Assembly (NCBI RefSeq): GCF_009914755.1
Contig: NC_060928.1
Reading direction: 5' to 3' (one strand)
From: the human T2T-CHM13v2.0 reference genome, Homo sapiens
Length of the DNA stretch: 64,000 bases
The translations under genes were made by a program, and so were the position numbers. Position 1 is the stretch's first letter, and the number at the start of each line of letters is the position of its first letter. The notes beneath the pieces were generated by a model. The model did not search any database, was not told where the DNA came from, and saw nothing but the letters and a program-made list of their open reading frames with translations. Positions 54,790-64,000 of this stretch are shown in pieces.

Positions 54790-56999
54790 CTGGTGGATGC
54801 TTCTCCGAAGGACTTGATTTCCTGGGAATACGACCAGCCCCCAACGACCCCTTGTCCCCACTCCGGCTGTCCCTTGGCCTGGGTCCTAGGGAAGGAAGCC
54901 ATGCTGGGGCACCAGGACTACAAGACTGCCATGCTGTCGGACATCAAAGCCCTCATTCTCAAGCACGAGGCCTTCGAGAGCTACCTGGCTGCGGCACACC
55001 AGCACCGCGTGGAGCAGATCGCAGCCTTTGCCCAGGAGCTCAACGAGCTGGATTACTATGACTCCCACAATGTCCACACCCGGTGCCAGAAGATCTGGGA
55101 CCAGTGGGACGCCCTCGGCTCTCTGACCAACAGTCGCAGGGAAGCCCTGGAGAAAACAGAGAAGCAGCTGGAGGCCATAGACCATCTGCACCTGGAGTAT
55201 GCCAAGCGCGTGGCCCCCTTCAACAACTGGATGGAGAGCGCCATGGAGGACCTCCAGGACATGTTCATCATCTACACCATCGAGGACACTGAGGGCCTGA
55301 TCTCAGCCCACGACCAGTTCAAGTCCACCCTGCCGGACGCTGACAGGGAGCACGAGGCCATCCTGGCCATCCACAAGGAGGCCCAGAGGATCGCTGAGCG
55401 CAACCACATCAAGCTGTCAGGCAGCAACCCCTACACCACCGTCACCCCACAGATCATCAACTCCAAGTGGGGGAAGGTGCAGCAGCTGGTGCCAAAACGG
55501 GACCACGCCCTCCTGGAGGAGCAGAGCAACCAGCAGTCCAACAAGCACCTGCGCTGCCAGTTCGCCAGCCAGGCCAACGTCGTGGGGCCCTGGATCCAGA
55601 CCAAGATGGAGGAGATCGGGCTCATCTCCACTGAGATGAACGGGACCCTGGAGGACCAGCTGAGCCACCTGAAGCAGTGTGAAAACAGCATCGTGGACTA
55701 CAAGCCTAACCTGGACCTGCTGGAGCAGCAGCACCAGCTCATCCAGGAGGCCCTCATCTTCGACAACAAGCACACCATGGAGCACATCCGCGTGGGCAGG
55801 GAGCAGCTGCTCACCACCATTGCCCCAACCATCATCGAGGTGGAGAACCAGATCCTCACCCGCGACGTCAAAGGCATCAGCCAGGAGCAGATGCAGCAGT
55901 TCCGGGCGTCCTTCAACCACTTCGACAAGGATCATGGTGGGGTGCTGGGGCCTGAGGGGTTCAAGGCCTGCCTCATCAGCCTGGGCTATGACGTGGAGAA
56001 CGACCGGCAGGGTGAGGCCGAGTTCAACCGCATCATGAGCCTGGTCGACCCCAACCATAGCGGCCTTGTGACCTTCCAAGCCTTCATCGACTTCATGTCG
56101 CAGGAGACCACCGACACGGACATGGCCGACCAGGTCATCGCCTCCTTCAAGGTCCTGGCAAGGGACAAGAACTTCATCACAGCTGAGGAGCTGCGAGAGA
56201 GCTGCTCCCCGACCAGGCCGAGTACTCTATTGCCCGCATGGTGCCCTACCAGGGCCCTGACGCCGTGCCCGGTGTCCTCGACTACAAGTCTTCCTCCACA
56301 GCCCTGTATGGCGAGAGCGACCTGTGAGGCCCCAGAGAGACCCGGACCCAACACCCCCTATGGCCTCCAGGAGGGGCCGGGGCAGCCCCACAGTCCCGTT
56401 CCTCCACTCTGTATCTATGCAAAGCACTCTCTGCTGTCCTCCCGGGTGGCTGGGTGGGCAGGGAGGGGCTGGGGCAGGCTCTCTCCTGTCTCTTTTTGGG
56501 AGTTGGCCAGGAGGTTCCCCCGACCAGGTTGGGGTTGGGGAGACTTAGGGCCAGCGCTTCTGGTCTGGTAAATATGTATGATGTGTTGTGCTTTTTTAAC
56601 CATCTTGCAGGAGACAGTGGATTCCCACAGCACAACCGGTCCCTTCCATGCCCTGGGGATGCCTCACCATACCCAGGTCTCTTCCTCTGCCCCGAGGTCC
56701 CTTCAAGGCCTCCCCATCCAGGCCAAAGCCCCATGTGCCTTGTCCAGGAACCGCCTGGGCCATGCGAGGGGCCAGCAGAGGGCGCCACCACCACCCGACG
56801 GCTGGGGACCCACCCAGCCCCTCTCCCCTCCCTGCTCCAGACTCACTTGCCATTGCCAGGAGATGGGGGCCCCAACCAGCACCCCGCTTTCGCAGCAGAG
56901 GAGCTGAGTTGGCAGACCGGACCCCCCTGAACCCCACCCCATCCCACCACCCCGGCCTTGCTTTGTCTGGCCTCACATGTCTCAGATTTTCTAAGAACC

Positions 57000-57030
<31 letters not shown>

Positions 57031-57133
57031 AAAAAAAACACAAAACAACAAAAAACAAAAAAAATCACTAAAAACACAAAAAAACTATAAAAACTTTCAG
57101 AGAATTACTAAATAAACAAATAAATAAATAAAT
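54790..57133 (+). pseudogene. ACTN4: Processed pseudogene (retrocopy) of alpha-actinin-4: C-terminal half of the CDS plus 3'UTR, with intron-like 5' leader
   Basis: Translation from 54890 matches ACTN4 (GKEAML..., [47 protein letters not shown], ...LYGESDL* in a shifted frame, TGA at 56325-56327). About 37 substitutions in ~435 aa by eye against the recalled protein. Intronless, GC-rich 3'UTR, A-rich 3' end. 1-nt deletion near 56195. The symbol given is the parent gene; the specific pseudogene name cannot be assigned from sequence alone. Confidence 0.96.
54901..56571 (+). CDS. Residual open reading frame of the ACTN4 retrocopy (556 aa from the first ATG): most of spectrin repeats 2-4, EF-hands 1-2 and a frameshifted novel tail; translation unproven
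   Basis: The ORF-track start at 54793 is a GTG. The first in-frame ATG is at 54901 (gaagccATG). No stop codon until TAA at 56569-56571. Confidence 0.25.
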
Positions 57134-57769
57134 GAAGTTGTTTCTTACATCAAATCTGCATTGTTACAAATTATATAATTTTGCTGTGGATCACCGGAGA
57201 GATCAACAGCTAGTTGATATTATCTTTTAATGATAAGAGTAGAACGTTTTAGACAGCCATTTAATAGTGACAGGAGAAGCAAAATATGAATAAAATGTAT
57301 GTTGAAAATTCATTGATATTTTTCAGGTCAACGTTGAAATCACTTCAGAAAGGTTTTTATGTTTTTTGGAGTGATATTCTCCAAACTCAGTAACTTATTA
57401 CAACATTCGTTGCTAGGAAATTATGTACAATTTACTATACTGAGTTTATTATAGGATACAGCTCTCTAGTAGTTTTAAGATTAGCATTTCAGTGCACTCA
57501 TCAGTCACTCTTTAATATAGTAATCACTTCCTTACACGAAAGAAACCTGGGAAACAAATCATACAGAGTATTAGAGATTTTTACAGTTTTACCCTATAAT
57601 TTTAATGCCCTATTTACAATGAAATATGTGGAGTTTTTAGAAATATTTGAAACTAGTTTTATTAATTATTTAATAAACATTAAATTATCATTTGCTAAGT
57701 TCTAAAAATAATTATAAAGTAAAATTAACTAATTTAGTTCTCATGAAATAAGTATGTCATATGTTCTTA

Positions 57770-57918
57770 TTTTATATTTAAAGGAACTGAGAAGGGAGAG
57801 TAATTTTCCCAAGGTTTTTCTCCCTGCAAATAAATACTGATAAAGTTGAAGACCTGAGGCATGAACCCACATAGACTGGCTACCACTCAGTAGTCTTAAC
57901 CACTACACAACGTTGCTT
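57770..57918 (-). mobile_element. MIR remnant
   Basis: ggaactgag...taattttcccaaggt...tgaaccca...tcttaaccactacac. Confidence 0.6.
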
Positions 57919-57979
57919 TTCCAGGATGCATATATAGTTGTATATTTAAGGATATATATATATATATATAGCTTAAGGT

Positions 57980-58292
<313 letters not shown>

Positions 58293-58299
58293 TTACCTA

Positions 58300-58640
58300 G
58301 CCACAAGGATACATTGTATCTACTAACTGTATATTTCTCCCTGTATCTTGGATAGCACCATAATTCATCTCTATTCTAAGTTTGGTATCTGGGAACCACG
58401 TTAAATGCCACTTTCTTTTCAACCCAGATCTACTGAGTCTCCAAATTGTCTATTCTGCTTATTATGTTTATATACCTCCCCACTTCCAGTTTCGGCCAAT
58501 CCATTACTTTTGCTTTGGTTTAGGCCTTTATTTTTCTTCTACTGGTTGATAGGGGCAGCTTCCCAAGGCGTCACTCTGGCTCTAGCTTAGTCCTTCCCCA
58601 ACACACTCTTTATACTAGCACCACCATGTTGTGTCAAGGA
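58300..58640 (+). mobile_element. Degenerate L2 remnant
   Basis: Pyrimidine-rich L2-like blocks. Boundaries approximate. Confidence 0.4.
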
Positions 58641-59104
58641 CTAAAATTGAGATGTGATCATCTATAACTAGAAAGTCAAAGACAATTCAAGGTTGTCAGA
58701 ATTAGGCACATATTTTGCTTTCCTTATACATGAATAGCATTTTCTTGACTGTCAAATCAGTAGCATTTCCAGCAAGTTTGAATCTATTTTTATATAAAGT
58801 AATGTGAATGGATTAGATTAAGATAGCAATTGGGGAGGGATTTCAGAACTCTGGGCAGTAACTGAATAAACATCATTTGGATCACAGAATGTTCCACCTT
58901 TGAAGATTGTCAATAGTATTTGTTATCTTTGAAGCTGTCTACTCATCATGCTGAATGTCCTCAGAATTTTTAAGGACACTCAGAGAATGCTACCTCTATC
59001 CAGATAGTCAGAGGAATGCCATATGAACTTCTCTGTTATTCCTCCAGATGTCCTTGGGAGTTACAAGGAAGAATGTGTATTTCTTAAAGGTCCATACCCA
59101 TAAT

Positions 59105-61612
59105 TTATCTAGGTTTGGGAAAAATTATCTGTTATTATCCTTTTGAATAAACTGTCTACCCCTATCTCTTTTCCTACCTCCACTTTAAGGACAATAACCC
59201 TTAGATTTGCCATTTTGAGGCTACTTTCTATATCCTGTAAGTGTGCTTCATTGTTTTTCATTGTTTTCTCTTTTGTCTCCTCTATTTTCAAATCACCTGT
59301 CTTCAAGCTCACTAATTCTTTTTTTCTACTTGATCAATTCTGTTAAGCGACTGTTAAAAGACTATGATGCATTCTTCAGTATGCCAATAGCATTTTTTAG
59401 CTTCAGAATTTCTGCTTCATTCTTGTAAATTATTTTAATCTTTTTGTTATATTTGTCTGATATAATTCTAAATTCCTTCTCTGTGTTGTCCTAAATTTCT
59501 TGAGTTTCCTCAAAACAGCTATTTTGAATTCTCTGTCTGAAAGGTCAGATATTTCTGTTTCTCCAGGATTGATTCCTGGTGCTTAAGTTAGTTCATTTAT
59601 TGAGGTCATGTTTTCCTGGGTGGTCTTGATACTTATAAATATTTGTCTGTTTCTGGGCATTGTAGAGTTGGGTATTTATTGTAGTCTTCTCAGTCTGGGC
59701 TTGTTTGTACCTATCCTTGTTGGGAAATCCTTCCATATATTCGAAGTACTTGAGTGTTGTGCTCTGAGCTGTATCTGCATTAGGGGTTACCCAACCACAG
59801 TAACACTGTGGTTTTTGAAGATCCACAGGGGCATTTCCTTGATGGTCTTAGACAAAATCCAGGAGAATTCTCTGGATTCACAGGCAGAGATTCTTATTCT
59901 CTTTCTTCAGTTTCTACCAAACAAATGAAGTCTCTCTTTGTTATGAGACACTTAGAGCTGGTGGTGGAGTGACACAAGCACCTCTGTGACTACCACCACT
60001 AGGAATGTGCTAGATCATACCTGAAGCCAGTACAGCACTGGTTCTCACCCAAGGCCTGCTGTAATCACTCAATGGCTACTCCTTATGTTCATTCTAGGCC
60101 CTGAAGCTCTACAGTCAGCCAATGGTGAAGCCAACCCAGCTTGTGTCCTTCCCTTCAAGGCGACAGGATTCCCCAGGTCCTTAGACATCTTCATGGTGTT
60201 CTATTGTACTGTGGCTGAGCTGACACTCAAACCATGAGACATAGTGCTTCACATTCATCCCTCTCCTTTCCAAAGGCAGAGGAGTCTCAGCACATGGTCA
60301 CCACCATCACAGCCCACAGACAGTCCTGAGAGATGACTGTCATTGTTCCTTTAAGGCCCAAGGTCTCTTCAGTCAATTTGTATTTAATGCTGCCTGTGCT
60401 GGTACTCACCATTCAGGGCAACAGACTCCACTGTGGTCCAGGGCAGGTCCGGAAATGCTGTCTAAGAGCCAACCCAAGAGCCTCCTTGGTGTTCTACTCC
60501 TCTGTGGATGAGCTGGTAACTAAAAGGTAAGATAAAAATCTTTACTCTTCCCTTTTCATTTCTAAAGTGGGAGGAGTCTCACCCTATAGCTACCATAGCT
60601 AGGACTCCTCTGAGTCCCACCTGAGGCCAGAAAGTCTCAGAAACTCACCCAAGGCCCTTGAAATAGAACCTTGCTATCATTGTTGGTTATTCATGGCCCA
60701 AAGTTTCTTCAGTTAGCCGTTGACAAATCCTGCCAGGACTGGGTCCTTCTTTTCAACGCCAAGGCTGCCTTTTTGGATCAGGGTGTTTCTAGAAGAGTTA
60801 TCTGGGAGCTAAGGCTTGGAAACGGGGACTCACGACTCTGACCAGTGTCCTATCCTGCTGTGGCTGAGCTGGTATCCAAATCCAAGACAAAGTCCTCCCC
60901 ATTCTCTCCACCCCTCTCCTTAAGTGGAAGGAAGGGGTCTCTTTTGGAGTCACAAGCTTTTTTTAATCTGGGTTAGGAGACAGGTGATGCCAGTATTCCC
61001 TTAGTCATCCTGGCTGGTATCTTAGTAGGTTATGTGCCCCCCCAGTTCCCTGGCTCTGGGCCTAGTTCAGCACTAGGTCTCACCTAGGAATTTCAGTTCT
61101 TGTGGCCAAGGCTGACTTTCTATTTTATTTAGGTGCCCAAAGCCATGTTAGTTCACAGTGGTTAGGCTTGTGGGAATTCAAGTGCGGACCACTGGGAAGG
61201 GTGATTCCCCTCTGGCTAGGGCTGGCTTAAATACTTTCTCCATGGGTGGGCGTCAGCTATGTTTGGTCCAGTTTTGTTTTCTGCTATAAAAGGGTAGCAC
61301 TACATGTTCAATGCCTCACAATTGCTGCACTTTACCTCTCACAGAACTGCTCTCTCTACCATACTGCCACCGCTGGGGACTGGAGGAAGGGTGTCATCAG
61401 TGACTCAAGACTATTTTTCCTACCACTTCAGTGCCTCTTTCATCAATATGAATGCAAAACCAGATACTTTGATTGCTCACTTGATTCTTGGTTTTTATAA
61501 AGTAGATTTTTGTGTGTGTGTATGTTTGTAGATAGTTGTTAACTTTGTGTCCTTGCAGGAGGGACAATCTGTGGAGACTTCTATTCTGCCATCTTGCTCC
61601 ACCTCCTCCATC
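59105..61612 (-). mobile_element. L1MA/L1M2-type 5' portion (long repeat-containing 5'UTR and start of ORF1)
   Basis: ORF1 remnant (NEAHLQDIESSLKMANLRVI). The UTR has recurring ctgtggctgagctg and ctcacccaaggcc units. The 5' start reads ggtggagcaagatggcagaatag on the minus strand. Confidence 0.85.
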
Positions 61613-61661
61613 ATCCACATTTTTCAACTCCTGCATATTTCATAATGATATGTTAAGTGGG

Positions 61662-62153
61662 TGTATTAGTTTGTTCTCGCATTGCTTTAATAAATACCTG
61701 AAACTGAATAATTTATAAAGCAAAGAGGTTTAATTGACTCCCAGTTGTGCAGACTGTACAGGAAGCATGACAGCTTCTGCTTCTGAGGAAGCCTCAGGAA
61801 ACTTACAATCATCATAAAAGATGAAGAAGAAGCAAGCCAGAACTTGACCAGAGCAGGAGGAAGACAGGGTAGGTGCGACACACTTTTAAACAACCAGATC
61901 TCATGATAACTCACTCATTCACTATCAAGAGAGTAGCACCTATGATAATTCACTCATTCACTATCAAGAGAGTAGCACCTATGATAACTCACTCATTCAC
62001 TATCAAGAGAGTAGCACCTCAGGGATGATGCTAACGCTTTCATGAGAACTCTGTGCCCATGATCCAATCAGCTCCCACCAAGCCCTACCTCCAACACGAG
62101 TGATTACAATTTGACATGAGATTTGGATGGGGAGACAAACTCAAACCATATCA
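61662..62153 (-). mobile_element. MSTA/MSTB-type MaLR solo LTR
   Basis: tgtattagtttgttctcgcattgct...aaaccatatca. Perfect 5-bp TSD gtggg at 61657-61661 and 62154-62158. Confidence 0.92.
61903..62019. repeat. 39-bp minisatellite, 3 copies
   Basis: atgataactcactcattcactatcaagagagtagcacct three times, with one mismatch in copy 2. Confidence 0.97.
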
Positions 62154-62225
62154 GTGGGATTAAAATAATAACTTTTGTTTTCATTATCACTATTTTTATT
62201 TCTGAATGAATGCATGTATTTCACT

Positions 62226-62589
62226 TGTCTTAGACTGCTGTGACATATTACCATAGATAGGTGGCTTACACATAACACATTTGTTTCTCATAATTTTGGT
62301 CTCTGGAATTCCTTAGATCAGGCGGCCAGCATGGTTGAGTTCTGGTGAGGGTCCTCTGCCAGGCTTCAGACTGCCGACTTCTCACTGTATCTTCACATGG
62401 TAGAGAGAAGAGAGGGGAAACAAGTTCTCTTGTAATGACTTTTCTAAGGGCACTAATCTTGTTCATGAGGCTCTGCCCTCACGAAGTCATCAAATCTTAA
62501 TTACCTCCCAAAAGCACTACCTCCTAATACCATCACAGTGGGGATTATGGTTTTAACATGAATTTGGAAGGATCATTCAGTCTATAACA
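62226..62589 (-). mobile_element. MLT1A-type MaLR LTR
   Basis: ccagcatggttgagttctggtgagggtcctct...taattacctcccaaaag...cattcagtctataaca. Confidence 0.8.
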
Positions 62590-62829
62590 CCAAGAACATG
62601 TGAAACTAATCCTAAACATGGCAATGAGAAAGTTTGATCTGAAGTTCTAGAAAGAAATAAAGTGGTTTTTCTAAATAGAATTATCATGAGACAATGAGGT
62701 TAACTGTAGAAAGATTAAAATGACTAAGATTTCAGATGGGGATTTGGGGGCAACAGGAATAGTTTTGGACTTTTGCAAGTATGTGGATCCTGTGTTTTGA
62801 TTTAATTCCACCTGGAGTAAGAATACCTT

Positions 62830-63418
62830 TGTTTGAAATGTTTGCTCCTCGGTGCCATAAAGAAACAGCACTTGAACATAAATTTAATTTATTTATTAGG
62901 GCCATTTTTACTTCCTGCAGAAAGGGTACACTCACCAGCAGTTTTTCCATGAGAATACACCGAACAAAGGTGACAGGGCCATGTTTAACCTGATGCGTCC
63001 ACCGTACTGCCGTGTCTGGCTTCCACTGGCTGGAACGGAACCTCACATTCTCTATTTGTCCCAATTGGCTAGAAACTTAGAACTTTTTAAAAGAGGCAAA
63101 GGTAGAGAGGAACAAAGGAAGGAGGAAGCAACTTGTGGAACGCTGAGAAAGGTAAAAACACTTTTAAATAAGGAAGAGGAACAGACAATGACTTAATGCT
63201 TGCTTGGAGCACTATAAGCATGCCAGGGCAAATATTTAGGCTAAATTGTGGGAGCTAAGAAGATAAAGTATACTGATTTCTTTACTAAAGCTAACAGATA
63301 TTAAAGAATGTTAGCACAGGTCTTTGAATAAATTTTGCTTCTAAGAGAAGTTACTATTTATTCCTAATTAGATGGGGAGGAAAGTCTTTGAAGAGGAACC
63401 TCTACTTTACTTTTTACA
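62830..63418 (-). mobile_element. LTR18B-like solo LTR (HERV-S/HERVL18 group)
   Basis: Minus strand tgtaaaaagtaaagtagaggttcctcttcaaagactttcctcccc...catttcaaaca, about 590 bp, with TG..CA ends and a flanking cctt(t) duplication. Family name from recall. Confidence 0.8.
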
Positions 63419-64000
63419 CCTTTAAGATATAAAGTGGTTTATTGTTTGAAAAAAGTAAACTCATCATGCTAATTCTCTATCCCACAATTTAGAAGTTAGA
63501 ATTGCATGATGGTAGAGAATAAATCGCAATAATAATATGGTCATTGGTGATATTTAGAAGTCATGCATTCAGGTCTAGACAATGGCACATTTCTAATCAT
63601 TTTCTACATATCATTTGAGCAAAGACAAATTAAATAGTAAATTTCAAAGCTTGTAAAGAAGGGCAACTCAGTATTTGCTAAGGTTACTGAAATTTTGTTT
63701 TACCAGTAAACTAGAAATTAAGGAGATAAAATGTTCTGGTAAATAGTGTTATAAATGGACATGAGACCCGGGTGCCTTACTTGCTCCTCATGCAAGCCAA
63801 ATCAATGTTCATTGGCTTTTTTGTCTTCAGTGAAGTAAACAGAAAATTAAACTATTTGGAGCAGCTCATGATATCCTCTTCATTTTATACCATTATAAGT
63901 TGGTGAAAAACAAGTGGATCAAGGTGAAAGAACAAAAAGGAGAGGAAAATAAGATTCCACTTCATTACAAAAAGGAATTCTTCTTGACCGTCATTAGACC

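Noticed and set aside
54793-54900. 36-aa N-terminal extension of the 592-aa ORF
   Set aside because: Starts at a GTG and reads through intron-like sequence, so it is unlikely to be a real translation start.
55417-56079. 220-aa antisense ORF and other overlapping ORFs in the ACTN4 retrocopy
   Set aside because: Shadow ORFs expected from GC-rich codon usage on the sense strand. No independent support.

Overview
AT-rich, gene-poor primate genomic DNA (human/great-ape-like, given AluY- and L1PA3-type insertions). It is dominated by interspersed repeats: several L1s (a near-full-length L1PA12-like copy, a 5'-inverted L1PA7-like copy, an internally rearranged older L1 and L1M remnants), Alus, MaLR and ERV LTRs (including a full-length THE1B), DNA-transposon MITEs and L2/MIR remnants. 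I see no intact host gene, RNA gene or CRISPR array. The one gene-derived feature is a GC-rich processed retrocopy of ACTN4 (about 54790-57135). It starts exactly at a splice acceptor, with about 100 nt of intron-like sequence in front, while everything downstream is intronless. It also keeps a long ORF lacking the actin-binding domain, and it seems to end at a proximal poly(A) site. This suggests a fossil of an internally initiated or intron-retaining ACTN4 isoform. Other notable items are DNA-repair or template-switch scars inside repeats. Subfamily names and parent-gene details come from recall of consensus sequences, not from a search. I found no evidence for a wholly new biological system.
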